50,246 nucleotides of DNA from Oscillospiraceae bacterium (lineage in GTDB: Bacteria; Bacillota; Clostridia; Oscillospirales; Oscillospiraceae): the NCBI GenBank assembly GCA_902795885.1, contig CADBNC010000208.1, positions 1-50,246 on the forward strand, written 5' to 3'. A program made the translations under genes and the position numbers. Position 1 is the stretch's first letter. The number at the start of each line of letters is the position of its first letter. Of this stretch, positions 1-10,117 are shown piece after piece. The notes under the pieces are model-generated. The model saw nothing but the letters and a program-made list of their open reading frames with translations, was not told where the DNA came from and did not search any database.

Positions 1-84
1 AAGGAGGGATTTGAACCCTCGCGTGCTTTTTAGACACCTACTCCCTTAGCAGGGGAGCCCCTTCGGCCTCTTGGGTACTTCTGC
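1..84 (-). tRNA. tRNA-Ser (anticodon GCU), 3' end truncated by the window edge
   Basis: The reverse complement reads GCAGAAG-TA-CCCAAGAGGCCGAAGGGG-CTCCC-CTGCTAA-GGGAG-[long variable arm TAGGTGTCTAAAAAGCACGC]-GAGGG-TTCAAAT-CCCTC-CTT. It has a class II long variable arm, a GCU anticodon in a 7-nt loop and a canonical T-arm. The last acceptor bases and the CCA lie outside the window. Confidence 0.85.
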
Positions 85-101
85 AAACCGAATGCTTGGG
101 T

Positions 102-131
102 ATAATAGCACATACAGTATACGATTGTCAA
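102..131 (-). promoter_or_regulatory. Candidate sigma-A promoter for tRNA-Ser
   Basis: Minus strand: TTGACA (126-131), 18-nt spacer, TATTAT (102-107), about 17 nt upstream of the mature tRNA 5' end. Confidence 0.45.
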
Positions 132-159
132 GAAAAATGTTGTGTTAGGACGGATGTGT

Positions 160-1122
160 ATGAAACATGTCGTTGTATTTGGCGGGGGAACCGGGCTTTC
201 CCGCCTGTTGACAGGACTGAAGCAGTTCCCGGTGGATGTGACAACGGTCATCTCTGTCAGCGACAACGGTAGCAGCACGGGTGTTTTGAAGAAGGAACTC
301 GATATTCCGGCAGTGGGAGATATCGGCAAGGTCCTGATCGCCATGGCAAATGTGGACGAAGACTTCACAGAACTGCTGAGCTACCGCTTCGCCAAAGACG
401 GAAGCCTGCATAACCATCCGGTGCGCAATGTGATGCTGGCCGCTCTGATCGATCTGAAGGGCAGTCTCACGGAAGCCACCAGCTATATGACAAAGCTGCT
501 GAATATCAAGGGAACCATTCTGCCGCTGACGGAGGAGAAGGTTGAACTGGTAGGGAAGAATGAGAACAAGGAATACTTCGGGCAGGTGGCGGTCAGCGCG
601 AATGTGAAGGATATCCGAAAGCTTGACTATGACCATCGGATTCATGTGAGTGATCAGGTGATCCACAAGATCCTGCAGGCAGACCTGATTGTTCTCTCAC
701 CGGGCAGCCTCTATACCAGTATTCTTCCTCATCTGCTTTCTCAGGAAATCCTGGACGCGCTTGCGGCCACATCTGCAGAAATCATGTATGTCTGCAATAT
801 TGTAACCCAGCCCGGGGAGACGGACCACTATCAGGTCAGTGATCATGTGCGGGTGCTGAATCAGTATCTTCGTGACAGAAAAGTGGATATTGTCCTGGCC
901 AATTCTGCCATGCCGGATGAGGAAACAGCGCAGCGATATTACGAGAAGGAAGGAAAAGAACCTGTCCGACTTGACCATGAGGCTCTTGCTGGCTTTCCGG
1001 TAAGGGTGATTGAGGATAATCTGCTGAGCCTGGAGGCCGATGGCGCTGTCAGGCACAACGCACTGAAGACAGCGTTTCTGATCTTCTCGTACCTGATGAG
1101 AATGGAGGACGGGTTCCAATAA
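160..1122 (+). CDS. yvcK: YvcK/CofD-like gluconeogenesis factor (UPF0052 family)
   Basis: N-terminus MKHVVVFGGGTGLSRLLTGLK is the typical YvcK GGGTG motif, and there is full-length family resemblance. ATG at 160 was chosen because AGGA lies 9 nt upstream. In-frame alternatives are GTG 142 and ATG 154. Confidence 0.85.
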   Translation: MKHVVVFGGGTGLSRLLTGLKQFPVDVTTVISVSDNGSSTGVLKKELDIPAVGDIGKVLIAMANVDEDFTELLSYRFAKDGSLHNHPVRNVMLAALIDLKGSLTEATSYMTKLLNIKGTILPLTEEKVELVGKNENKEYFGQVAVSANVKDIRKLDYDHRIHVSDQVIHKILQADLIVLSPGSLYTSILPHLLSQEILDALAATSAEIMYVCNIVTQPGETDHYQVSDHVRVLNQYLRDRKVDIVLANSAMPDEETAQRYYEKEGKEPVRLDHEALAGFPVRVIEDNLLSLEADGAVRHNALKTAFLIFSYLMRMEDGFQ

Positions 1123-1207
1123 GCGCTTACAAACATGCAGCAGGATGAAACATGGGCATATCCGCAAACTTTGGGCAGAATCTGCTTATTTTCATGCAGA
1201 TTTCACC

Positions 1208-1236
1208 TTGCAAAGCGGGTATGCCTATGTTAAAAT
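1208..1236 (+). promoter_or_regulatory. Candidate sigma-A promoter upstream of smc
   Basis: TTGCAA (1208-1213), 17-nt spacer, TAAAAT (1231-1236), with a TGn extended -10 (tgtTAAAAT). Confidence 0.45.
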
Positions 1237-1307
1237 GCTCTGCATGGCAATCGGCCGGAACGAAAACAGCGGATTGAAACTGGCTTTTGAGGAGATTTGA
1301 GCGCATT

Positions 1308-4300
1308 ATGTATCTGAAGGCCCTGGAAATCCAGGGGTTTAAGTCTTTTGCAGATAAGACCCGTCTGACTTTTGAAAAAAACATAACGGCCATCGTTGGT
1401 CCCAATGGTTCCGGCAAGTCCAATATCTCGGATGCCATTTTGTGGGTTATGGGGGAGCAGAGCAGCAAAACCCTGCGCGGAAGCAAGATGGAGGATGTCA
1501 TCTTCGGCGGAACGCAGAGCAGAAATCCACTGGGGTTTGCGCAGGTTTCGCTGATCCTGGACAATGCCCAGAATACCTTCCCTGTTGAAGGGAGCGAGCT
1601 TGTATTAACCCGACGGTATTACCGGAGCGGCGAGAGTGAGTTTTTCATAAACCGTCAGCCTGTCAGACTCAGGGATATCCACACGGTTCTGATGGACACT
1701 GGCCTCGGCCGCGATGGGTATTCCATTATCGGCCAGGGGAGAATATCTGAAATTGTCTCTTCCCGGAGTACAGACCGCAGAGAGGTATTTGAAGAGGCCG
1801 CAGGCATTTCCCGCTTTCGCTACAGAAAAGAAGAAGCCGAACGTCGTCTTGAGAAAACAGAGGACAATCTTCTCCGTGTAAACGATAAGATTGAAGAGCT
1901 TGAGATGCAGGTCGGCCCGCTGCGTGAACAGGCGGAGAAGGCAAAGGAATATCTGCTGCTGCGCGATGAACTGCGTGTGAGGGAAGTCTCGCTCTGGATG
2001 ACAACGCTTGAGAAGCTCCGCAGCCAGTCGGAGAGCATACGGCAGGAATATGAACAGCTTTCCGAGGAACTGAGCCGCGCCAAGGAGGCCCTGGAAGCGC
2101 TGTATGCCTCGAGCGAGGGGCTTGCTGAGCGCATGCATCGAAAGGATATTGAAGTTGACGAGGCCCGGGAACGCCTCTCCGCTGCGGAGGCGAAGCTTTC
2201 TGCAAGAGATGCGGAAATTGCCGTTATCCGGGCGAATATCGACAGTACACTGGAAAACGCCCGCCATATGGAGGAGGAATTCGAAAAGCAGAAAGGAAGG
2301 CTTGACGAAATCCGCTCCGAGATTGCCGGAGGCGAATCCCGCATTAAAGCGCTGGACGAAGAAGAGCTCAGCCTGCAGGACGAGATGAAGCGTTCTGAGA
2401 ATATCCTGAAGGGATATTCATTGAAGATAGAGAGCCGGCAGCAGATTCTGCAGCGTGACACGGCTGCAGTGAATTCTGCGGAGGTTGAACTCAGCACACT
2501 TCAGGCCCGTATTCGGATTCTGTCCGACATGGAGCGCTCCTATGAGGGCTATTCCAAGGCGGTTAAGAATGTGATGCGGGAGGCAGCACGCGGCATGCTG
2601 CGGGCTGTACATGGCCCTGTATCCGGCCTGATTCGTACTGACGGGGAGCTGGCCCTTGCGATTGAGACTGCGCTCGGAAACGCCGGGCAGAATATCGTTG
2701 TCGATACCCAGCAGGATGCCAGACTCGCCATTGAGATGCTGCAGAGGCAGGATGGAGGACGTGCAACATTCCTGCCGATTGATACCATCCGCGGCAGCAG
2801 AATCCGCGAGATTGATGACCCGGGCTTTGTCGGCATAGCGTCTGACCTTGTGCAGACGGACCCGCAGTATGAACAGATTGTGCTGAACCTGCTTGGACGT
2901 ACGGTTGTGGCGGAGCGCCTGACAGACGCAATCAGGATAGCAAAGAAGCATGACAACAAGCTTCGGATCGTGACGCTGGACGGCCAGATGATCAACGCCG
3001 GCGGTTCGATGACAGGCGGAAGCAGCAATCACGGCAGCGGCGTTCTTTCCCGTGCTTCCGAACTGGAATCACTCAAAGAGAAGCAGAAGTCTGCAGAGAA
3101 AAAACTGCTTGAAGCACGAAGCCGCCTGGAGGCTACCGAACGGTCGATGGACAAAGTCCAGTACGATCACAGGATGGCCAGAGAGGATCAGGAAGAGCTG
3201 AAGCGGAAGCAGGTCTCCATCGAAGCTGAACGAAGATCCACAATGGCCTCCACAGAGCAGTTCCGTGCCCTTTTACAGGCTATTACGGGCGACAGCGAAG
3301 CAAGACTGCGCACTATTGATGCTGTCAGACGCCAGACGGAAAGCCTGCGGGAGAGAGAGGCAGAAGAGCAGAAGAAGAGAGAAGAGCTTCTCCGGAATGT
3401 GGAGATGGAGAAAAGCGCGATCCAGCAGCTTACACAGGAAAAGCTTGAGCTGGAAGGGCGCAGAACACGTACCGACCGGGAAGCACAGAAGCAGAATGCG
3501 GATATAAACGATCTGGAACGCAGATGCTCGCGTGCGGAACAGCGCAAGGTGACAGCGGATCTGGAAGAAAAGCAGATCGTGGACAAACTGTGGGACAGCT
3601 ATGAGCTGAGCTACAGTGCAGCTGAGGCGGTACGCCAGCCAGTGGAGAGCACGCAGAAGGAAGGCAGGGCCATCACAGAGCTCAAGCGAAGAATGAATGC
3701 ACTGGGTAACCCAAACCTCGGCGCAATCGACGAATTTGAGCGCGTGAACAGCAGATATACCTTCCTGACCGAGCAGCGCGATGATGTGGAGAAAGCCAGA
3801 AAGGAACTGCTAGACATCATCCGGGACATCACCCGGGATATGGAGAAAATTTTTGTCGAACGCTTTCACGAGATTGACGCCTGCTTCCGTGAAACCTTTC
3901 AGGAGCTCTTCGGAGGCGGAAAGGCAGCACTCGTTCTGGAAGACGAAACCCGTGTTCTGGACTGCGGGATCGATATACGGGTTCAGCCCCCCGGAAAAGC
4001 CCTTTCCACGATCAGCCTGCTTTCAGGCGGTGAGATGGCCTTTGTCGCAATAGCGCTGTATTTTGCCATTCTCAAGGTTCGGCCTACACCCTTCTGCGTG
4101 ATGGACGAAATTGACGCTGCGCTGGACGAGGACAATGTCACCAGATTTGCGGAGTATATGCACCGTTTCGCAGACAGAACCCAGTTTGTGGTGATTACAC
4201 ACCGCAGAGGGACGATGGAGAGCACAGACATGCTGTATGGTGTGACCATGCAGGAGCGCGGCGTTTCCCAGGTTTTGAGTCTTGACCTGGAGGCAGCGCG

Positions 4301-4319
4301 CAGAACACTGGAGGAATAA
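1308..4319 (+). CDS. smc: Chromosome partition protein SMC (about 1003 aa, short-arm variant)
   Basis: N-terminus MYLKALEIQGFKSFADKT, Walker A GPNGSGKSN, long heptad-rich arms, hinge (GPVSGLI...GGRATFLPID...GGSMTGG), signature LSGGE and Walker B FCVMDEIDAALD. Confidence 0.95.
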   Translation: MYLKALEIQGFKSFADKTRLTFEKNITAIVGPNGSGKSNISDAILWVMGEQSSKTLRGSKMEDVIFGGTQSRNPLGFAQVSLILDNAQNTFPVEGSELVLTRRYYRSGESEFFINRQPVRLRDIHTVLMDTGLGRDGYSIIGQGRISEIVSSRSTDRREVFEEAAGISRFRYRKEEAERRLEKTEDNLLRVNDKIEELEMQVGPLREQAEKAKEYLLLRDELRVREVSLWMTTLEKLRSQSESIRQEYEQLSEELSRAKEALEALYASSEGLAERMHRKDIEVDEARERLSAAEAKLSARDAEIAVIRANIDSTLENARHMEEEFEKQKGRLDEIRSEIAGGESRIKALDEEELSLQDEMKRSENILKGYSLKIESRQQILQRDTAAVNSAEVELSTLQARIRILSDMERSYEGYSKAVKNVMREAARGMLRAVHGPVSGLIRTDGELALAIETALGNAGQNIVVDTQQDARLAIEMLQRQDGGRATFLPIDTIRGSRIREIDDPGFVGIASDLVQTDPQYEQIVLNLLGRTVVAERLTDAIRIAKKHDNKLRIVTLDGQMINAGGSMTGGSSNHGSGVLSRASELESLKEKQKSAEKKLLEARSRLEATERSMDKVQYDHRMAREDQEELKRKQVSIEAERRSTMASTEQFRALLQAITGDSEARLRTIDAVRRQTESLREREAEEQKKREELLRNVEMEKSAIQQLTQEKLELEGRRTRTDREAQKQNADINDLERRCSRAEQRKVTADLEEKQIVDKLWDSYELSYSAAEAVRQPVESTQKEGRAITELKRRMNALGNPNLGAIDEFERVNSRYTFLTEQRDDVEKARKELLDIIRDITRDMEKIFVERFHEIDACFRETFQELFGGGKAALVLEDETRVLDCGIDIRVQPPGKALSTISLLSGGEMAFVAIALYFAILKVRPTPFCVMDEIDAALDEDNVTRFAEYMHRFADRTQFVVITHRRGTMESTDMLYGVTMQERGVSQVLSLDLEAARRTLEE

Positions 4320-4320
4320 G

Positions 4321-5223
4321 ATGGGCATATTTGATAAACTGTTCGGCGGCCTTGGCCGTACACGGGAAAAAATCGATCTGGAAGAGCTGTTTCAGGGTTA
4401 CGCACCTGACAGTGAAGACTTTTACGATCAGCTGGAGGAAACGCTTGTCATGGCTGATGCCGGCATTGCGACTGCGGAAAAAGTTGACTACCTCATGAGA
4501 AAGAAAACATGGGAGGACCGCTATCGCAAGGGTGAGGAGGCAAGAAACGGCCTGATACAGGTTCTGACCGGCCTTCTGAACGTGGGAGATACCGCACTGA
4601 AGCTGGATACCAAGCCGTCTGTAATTCTGATGGTGGGTGTGAACGGCGTCGGCAAGACCACCACAATCGGCAAAATTGCCCATCAGCTGAAGGACCAAGG
4701 GAAAAAGGTCCTGCTTTGTGCAGGGGATACCTTCCGTGCTGCTGCCGCGGAGCAGCTTGGCATATGGGCTGAGCGGGCCGGCGTCGACATCGTGCGGCAT
4801 GAAGAGGGAAGCGATCCGGCGGCCGTCGTGTACGACGGGATCAGCGCTGCCAGAGCCAGAGGGACTGACGTAATTCTGATCGATACAGCCGGGAGACTGC
4901 ACAACAAGCAGAATCTGATGAACGAGCTGAACAAGATCCGCAGAATCATCGACCGGGAACTCCCTGATGCGGATGTTGAGACCCTGATGGTGCTGGATGC
5001 GACGACCGGGCAGAATGGACTGCTGCAGGCAAAGCAGTTTCTTGAGACAGCCGGGCTTACCGGTATCGTGCTTACAAAGCTTGACGGAACGGCAAAGGGC
5101 GGAATTGTATTTGCCATTGCCAATGAATGCGAGCTTCCTGTCAAATTTGTCGGCGTCGGGGAAGGTATTGACGATCTGATTCCCTTCGATCCAAAGACCT
5201 TCGTTGAAGCACTCTTTAAGTGA
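4321..5223 (+). CDS. ftsY: Signal recognition particle receptor FtsY
   Basis: SRP GTPase motifs GVNGVGKTTTIGK, DTAGR and TKLDGTAKGG. GGAGGA RBS precedes the start. It sits immediately after smc, matching the classic smc-ftsY order. Confidence 0.95.
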   Translation: MGIFDKLFGGLGRTREKIDLEELFQGYAPDSEDFYDQLEETLVMADAGIATAEKVDYLMRKKTWEDRYRKGEEARNGLIQVLTGLLNVGDTALKLDTKPSVILMVGVNGVGKTTTIGKIAHQLKDQGKKVLLCAGDTFRAAAAEQLGIWAERAGVDIVRHEEGSDPAAVVYDGISAARARGTDVILIDTAGRLHNKQNLMNELNKIRRIIDRELPDADVETLMVLDATTGQNGLLQAKQFLETAGLTGIVLTKLDGTAKGGIVFAIANECELPVKFVGVGEGIDDLIPFDPKTFVEALFK

Positions 5224-5320
5224 TGCTCTGTATCCGGGGGAACTATCCCCAGCATCGGGAGAAGCCCCGTGAGAGCGGCATGAAGGAAGAATCAGCACAG
5301 AACAGAAACAGAGGAGAAGC

Positions 5321-5590
5321 ATGAACAGTAAAGAACGTGCAAGGCTGCGCGGCCTTGCGTCAACACAGGAGACAATCATCCAGGTTGGCAAGGGCGGCAT
5401 CACACCCAATGTGATCGCCTCCGTTGACACGGCATTGTCAGCCCGGGAGCTTATCAAAGGAAAGGTACTTGAAAGCAGCATGCTGACCGCCAGAGAGGCC
5501 TGTGAGCAGCTTGCGGAGGCCTGCCATGCGGAACCGGTTCAGACAATCGGTACCAAGTTTGTCCTGTATAGAAAAAATGAAGAAAAGTGA
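5321..5590 (+). CDS. yhbY: YhbY/YqeI-type CRM-domain RNA-binding protein (ribosome assembly)
   Basis: LRGLAS...IIQVGKGGITPNVI...ARELIKGKVL...QTIGTKFVLYR matches the YhbY family. It occupies the conserved position upstream of nadD. Confidence 0.85.
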   Translation: MNSKERARLRGLASTQETIIQVGKGGITPNVIASVDTALSARELIKGKVLESSMLTAREACEQLAEACHAEPVQTIGTKFVLYRKNEEK

Positions 5591-6779
5591 AGCGGATATA
5601 AAGAACCTGGTTATTTACGGCGGCAGCTTTAATCCCCCGCATCTCGGGCACCGCGAGGCAGTGCATACCGCACTGGAAGAGCTCCAGCCGGATCTGCTTC
5701 TCGTGATCCCGGACTGCGAACCGCCCCATAAACAGATGGAGACCGGAAGCCCTTCTCCGGAAGAGAGACTGCGTCTGTGTGAGCTGAATTTTGCAGGCCT
5801 CGACGGCGTACAGATCTCGGATCTGGAGCTGAGGCGAACCGGGAAAAGCTACAGCTATGACACGGTGCTCCAGCTGCAGGAGATTTATCCGGACGCCAGG
5901 CTTACGCTTATGATCGGCACAGACATGCTGCTGAGCTTTGAGGAGTGGTATCACTTCGAGTATCTGCTGCAGCACTGCACAATTGCAGTACTCGCCAGAG
6001 AGCTGGACGATGAGGATGCCCTGCGGCAAACGGCAGAACAGTTCCAGAATCAGTACGGTGCGGATATCTGCCTTGTACAGCACACGCCACTTCCGATGTC
6101 TTCCACGGATATCAGGGGAAGACTGCGTGCCCGGGGCGGGACAGATCTCCTGCAGGAGGATGTCTATCGTGAGATTATCAGAAAACGTCTTTACGGCGCA
6201 CAGCCCGAGCTCAGATGGCTTCGGGAGCAGGCATACACGATGATCAGTGCAAAACGCATTGCCCATGTTGCCGGGTGTGAGACGGAAGCAGTCAGCCTTG
6301 CAATGCATTGGGGAGAGGATCCGGAGGCTGCTGCAGAAGCCGGAATTCTGCATGATATTACGAAGGGACTTTCATATAAGGAACAGTTGAAACTGTGCGA
6401 AAAGTATGATATTATCTGTGACACCGACGAACTGAAGGCTCCCAAGCTGCTTCACGCACGTACAGGTGCTGCAATGGCGAGGGATCTTTTCGGTATCCCG
6501 GATGCGGTATATGAGGCTATCCGGTGGCATACAACCGGGAAACCGGATATGACGCTTCTGGAGAAGATCATATATATTGCTGATTATATCGAACCAACGC
6601 GCGATTTCCCGGGCGTGGAGGCTGTGCGGGCCATCGCATATACTGATCTTGATGCCGCCATGCTTACAGGCCTGCGCCAGACAATCGAAGAAATTCGGGA
6701 AGGCGGAACAGAGCCATATATCGATACGCTCAATGCCTGCCAATGGCTGGAAGCGCGCATGAATGAAAGGAGACAATGA
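5577..6779 (+). CDS. nadD: Fused nicotinate-nucleotide adenylyltransferase (NadD) and YqeK HD-domain phosphohydrolase
   Basis: The N-terminal half has GGSFNPPHLGH (the (H/T)xGH nucleotidyltransferase motif) and ISSTDIR-like MSSTDIRGR. The C-terminal half has RIAHV...GILHDITK...RWHTTG...YIADYIEP, typical of the YqeK HD domain. It is one uninterrupted frame. The start at MKKSEAD overlaps the yhbY stop by 14 nt. Confidence 0.85.
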   Translation: MKKSEADIKNLVIYGGSFNPPHLGHREAVHTALEELQPDLLLVIPDCEPPHKQMETGSPSPEERLRLCELNFAGLDGVQISDLELRRTGKSYSYDTVLQLQEIYPDARLTLMIGTDMLLSFEEWYHFEYLLQHCTIAVLARELDDEDALRQTAEQFQNQYGADICLVQHTPLPMSSTDIRGRLRARGGTDLLQEDVYREIIRKRLYGAQPELRWLREQAYTMISAKRIAHVAGCETEAVSLAMHWGEDPEAAAEAGILHDITKGLSYKEQLKLCEKYDIICDTDELKAPKLLHARTGAAMARDLFGIPDAVYEAIRWHTTGKPDMTLLEKIIYIADYIEPTRDFPGVEAVRAIAYTDLDAAMLTGLRQTIEEIREGGTEPYIDTLNACQWLEARMNERRQ

Positions 6780-6780
6780 C

Positions 6781-7140
6781 ATGCTGACACCGGAACAAAT
6801 CACAGCGGTTGCCTATAAAGCGCTGGATGCGAAGAATGCCAAAGACGTAAAAATCCTGAAGACAGCCGAGCATACCGTGCTTGCAGACTATTTCGTTATC
6901 TGCAACGGCACATCGCCCGCGCATATCAAGGCGCTGGTGGACGAAGTGGACAGGGAGCTGTCCGAAGCCGGCGAGCCGCCCATGCGCAGGGAAGGCCTTC
7001 GGTCCGATATCTGGGTTCTGATGGATTTCGGCAGTGTCATTGTCCATATCTTTACGGACGAAGCCAGAAAGTTCTATGATCTGGAGAGACTCTGGAGTGA
7101 TGCAGAGGCGGTGAACCCCTCATCCCTTCCGAGCCCCTGA
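6781..7140 (+). CDS. rsfS: Ribosomal silencing factor RsfS
   Basis: LADYFVICNGTS..HIKAL...W.LMDFGSVIVHIF..E.R.FYDLERLW is the RsfS/YqeL signature. It follows nadD/yqeK as in Bacillus. Confidence 0.9.
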   Translation: MLTPEQITAVAYKALDAKNAKDVKILKTAEHTVLADYFVICNGTSPAHIKALVDEVDRELSEAGEPPMRREGLRSDIWVLMDFGSVIVHIFTDEARKFYDLERLWSDAEAVNPSSLPSP

Positions 7141-7215
7141 TTACAGGGGCTTCAGGAATACAGGAATAAACGAAATGCCTGACAGGCGTTCATTTAAAAG
7201 GAGTGGTTTACTGTT

Positions 7216-9720
7216 ATGCCAAAGTATGATTTTGCTGCCGTTGAGAAAAAATGGCAGAGCATCTGGGAAGAGAAGAAACCGTATGCCGCCGTTACCGGCG
7301 ATCCCCGCCCCAAATTCTATGGGCTGATTGAGTTCCCGTACCCCAGCGCAGCCGGACTGCATGTCGGACATCCGCGGCCGTTTACTGCCATGGATATTGT
7401 TACGCGCAAAAAGCGCATGGACGGCTACAATGTGATTTTCCCGATCGGTTACGATGCCTTTGGTCTGCCGACGGAGAACTATGCCATCAAGAATCATATT
7501 CATCCGTCTATTGTTACAAGGGATAATATTGCCAATTTCACCCGCCAGCTGAAGATGCTGGGCTATGGCTTCGACTGGGATCGCTGTGTCAACACGTCGG
7601 ATCCTTCGTATTACAAATGGACACAGTGGATTTTCCTGCAGATGTTCAAGCATGGTCTGGCCTACAAGACCACGATGCCCATCAACTGGTGCACCAGCTG
7701 CAAGGTGGGTCTCGCCAATGAAGAAGTCGTGGACGGTGTCTGCGAGCGCTGCGGCGGCGAGGTTGTCCGGAAGGAAAAGAGCCAGTGGATGCTGCGCATT
7801 ACCAAATACGCGGACAGACTGATTGACGATCTGGATGATCTGGATTATATCGAACGTGTCAAAGTTCAGCAGAAGAACTGGATCGGCCGCTCAACCGGTG
7901 CCGAGCTCACCTTCGATGTGAACACCGGCGATCAGATCACCGTTTATACCACCCGTGCGGATACGCTTTTTGGTGTGACATATATGGTCCTTTCTCCTGA
8001 GCACCCGATGCTGGAGAAGTGGAAGGACAAAATCCAGAACTGGGACGAGGTGCAGGCCTATCAGGCAGAGGCAGCCCGCAAGAGCGATTTCGAGCGCGGT
8101 GAACTGAACAAGGAGAAAACCGGCGTTCTTCTGCAGGGTATCCGCGTTATCAACCCGGCAAACAGGGCAAGTGTTCCGGTCTTCATCTCGGATTATGTCC
8201 TGATGAGCTACGGCACAGGCGCAGTCATGGGCGTGCCCGGACACGATCAGCGCGACTGGGAATTTGCCATGAAGTTTGGCCTGCCCATTATCGAGGTTGT
8301 TGCCGGCGGTGATATGACCAAAGAAGCTTTCGCTACGAAGGATGACGGGATCATGGTCAACTCCGACTTTCTGAACGGCATGACAGTCAGGGAAGCCATT
8401 CCTGCCATGAAGAAGCATGTTGTGGAAGCCGGATATGGCCGGGAAAAGGTCAACTACAAGCTGCGTGACTGGGTCTTCTCCCGCCAGCGCTACTGGGGCG
8501 AGCCGATCCCACTGGTGGAGTGCCCGAAGTGCGGCTGGGTGCCTCTGGATGAAAGCGAGCTGCCGCTGGTTCTCCCGAATGTGGAGAGCTATGAACCCAC
8601 CGACGACGGTGAAAGCCCGCTCGCAAAGATGACCGACTGGGTCAATACTACCTGCCCGTGCTGCGGCGGCCCTGCCAAACGCGAAACCGATACCATGCCA
8701 AACTGGGCAGGCTCCTGCTGGTATTATCTGCGCTATATGGATCCGGATAATGATCAGGCGCCCTTCTCGAAAGAGGCTGAGGAATACTGGGGACCGGTTG
8801 ACTGGTATAACGGCGGAATGGAGCATACCACGCTGCACCTGCTATACAGCCGTTTCTGGCACAAGTTCCTGTATGATATTGGTGTGGTGCATACCAAGGA
8901 GCCTTACCAGAAGCGTACATCACACGGCATGATTCTTGGCCGAAATCCGCATTATGTCGGTTATGCGGAGACAGAGGAAGAGAAGCAGGCGCTGATTGCC
9001 CATTACGGGAATGAAGCGCTGCGTACATCGGTAAAGATGTCGAAGTCCCTTGGCAATGTCGTGAACCCGGATGACGTTATCAAGGAATATGGCACGGATA
9101 CCATGCGTGTCTATATCATGTTCATCGGTGATTTTGAGAAGACCGCGACATGGTCCGATGAGGCCGTGAAAGGCTCCAAACGTTTCCTGGACCGCTGCTG
9201 GAATCTGCTCGATTTGGTAACGGATGATCTGGCAGCCTCGCCAAAGAACGAAGCCCTGATCCACAAGACCATCAAGAAGGTCGGCGATGACATTCTTGAC
9301 CTGAAGATGAATACTGCAATTGCCGCGCTGATGTCACTGGTGAATGCTTTTTATGCCAATGGATGCACCAGGGGAGACCTGAAGAACCTGATTCTGATGC
9401 TAAGCCCCTTTGCCCCTCACATCGCTGAGGAAATGTGGGAGCAGACCGGTTTCGCGTCCATGGAAGGCAAAATGGCCATGCAGATGTCCTGGCCGGTATA
9501 TGACGAGAGCAAGACCGTCGATGCCGAGCACGAGATGGCTGTCCAGGTCAATGGCAAGCTTCGCAGCACGATTGTGGTAGCCAACGATGCGGATGAGGAT
9601 ACCATCCTGAAGACCGCGCTTGCGGACGAGAAGATCCAGCGCCACATGCAGGGCATGCAGCTGGTCAAGACTATTGTCGTGAAGAATCGCATTGTGAACC
9701 TTATTCTGAAGAAAGCCTGA
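7216..9720 (+). CDS. leuS: Leucine--tRNA ligase
   Basis: [12 protein letters not shown] (HIGH motif), KMSKSLGN (KMSKS motif) and full-length class Ia LeuS resemblance (834 aa). AAGGAG RBS. Confidence 0.97.
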   Translation: MPKYDFAAVEKKWQSIWEEKKPYAAVTGDPRPKFYGLIEFPYPSAAGLHVGHPRPFTAMDIVTRKKRMDGYNVIFPIGYDAFGLPTENYAIKNHIHPSIVTRDNIANFTRQLKMLGYGFDWDRCVNTSDPSYYKWTQWIFLQMFKHGLAYKTTMPINWCTSCKVGLANEEVVDGVCERCGGEVVRKEKSQWMLRITKYADRLIDDLDDLDYIERVKVQQKNWIGRSTGAELTFDVNTGDQITVYTTRADTLFGVTYMVLSPEHPMLEKWKDKIQNWDEVQAYQAEAARKSDFERGELNKEKTGVLLQGIRVINPANRASVPVFISDYVLMSYGTGAVMGVPGHDQRDWEFAMKFGLPIIEVVAGGDMTKEAFATKDDGIMVNSDFLNGMTVREAIPAMKKHVVEAGYGREKVNYKLRDWVFSRQRYWGEPIPLVECPKCGWVPLDESELPLVLPNVESYEPTDDGESPLAKMTDWVNTTCPCCGGPAKRETDTMPNWAGSCWYYLRYMDPDNDQAPFSKEAEEYWGPVDWYNGGMEHTTLHLLYSRFWHKFLYDIGVVHTKEPYQKRTSHGMILGRNPHYVGYAETEEEKQALIAHYGNEALRTSVKMSKSLGNVVNPDDVIKEYGTDTMRVYIMFIGDFEKTATWSDEAVKGSKRFLDRCWNLLDLVTDDLAASPKNEALIHKTIKKVGDDILDLKMNTAIAALMSLVNAFYANGCTRGDLKNLILMLSPFAPHIAEEMWEQTGFASMEGKMAMQMSWPVYDESKTVDAEHEMAVQVNGKLRSTIVVANDADEDTILKTALADEKIQRHMQGMQLVKTIVVKNRIVNLILKKA

Positions 9721-9765
9721 TTTTGACGGTCCTGCATTTTCACACAGAAGAAAGCAAACTGCATA

Positions 9766-9794
9766 TTGACAACGGATATTAAATCCGGTATAAT
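9766..9794 (+). promoter_or_regulatory. Consensus sigma-A promoter for rpsU
   Basis: TTGACA (9766-9771), 17-nt spacer, TATAAT (9789-9794). Both hexamers are perfect. Confidence 0.6.
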
Positions 9795-9865
9795 ATCTCT
9801 GTTAAAAGCCAAATTGATTGGCCCTTGAAGCGTCATATTGGACGTGATGGAGGGAGGGAATAAGT

Positions 9866-10051
9866 GTGTCGGAAATCTATGTGAAAGAGAATGAAACTCT
9901 GGACAATGCGTTGAAAAGATTCAAACGCAGCTGCGCCAAGTCCGGTGTTCTGGCTGATCTTCGCAAGAAGGAGTACTACCAGAGCCCGAGTGTGAAGCGC
10001 CGCAAGAAATCAGAGGCCGCTCGTAAGAATAAGAATAAGCGCTATTATTAA
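9866..10051 (+). CDS. rpsU: 30S ribosomal protein S21
   Basis: GTG start after [30 protein letters not shown]...[12 protein letters not shown] is the typical S21 sequence. Confidence 0.9.
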   Translation: MSEIYVKENETLDNALKRFKRSCAKSGVLADLRKKEYYQSPSVKRRKKSEAARKNKNKRYY

Positions 10052-10064
10052 TCCTGCACTCATA

Positions 10065-10096
10065 AAATCCCCCAGCTTTTTGCCGGGGGATTTTTG
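10065..10096 (+). terminator. Rho-independent terminator after rpsU
   Basis: AAATCCCCC / GGGGGATTT stem (10065-10073 with 10085-10093), 11-nt loop, followed by a T-run. Confidence 0.6.
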
Positions 10097-10117
10097 TATA
10101 CGCACGGAGGTACAGTC

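Noticed and set aside
1605-3586. Several 120-225-aa ORFs on both strands inside smc, including Ser/Arg-rich ones at 1820-2497 and 3188-3586.
   Set aside because: These are alternative-frame artefacts of the repetitive Glu/Lys/Arg/Leu coiled-coil coding sequence. The compositions are highly skewed and nothing supports independent expression.
4195-5481. A 428-aa minus-strand ORF covering ftsY. Similar long antisense ORFs occur at 7891-8838 (leuS), 15120-16280 (livM), 16388-17455 (livG), 18209-19162 (nagB), 28734-29672 (dac), 30758-31618, 45413-46477 (priA) and 48323-49168 (fmt).
   Set aside because: All are shadow frames of confidently identified genes. They have low-complexity or Arg/Cys/His-rich translations, no RBS, and boundaries that ignore intergenic signals. 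Their abundance reflects codon usage and GC3 bias, not overlapping genes.
7141-7215. I looked for a T-box leader upstream of leuS, which is common in Firmicutes.
   Set aside because: Only 75 nt separate rsfS from leuS. This is too short for a T-box, and I saw no specifier hairpin, T-box sequence or terminator. leuS is probably read through from the yhbY-nadD-rsfS operon.
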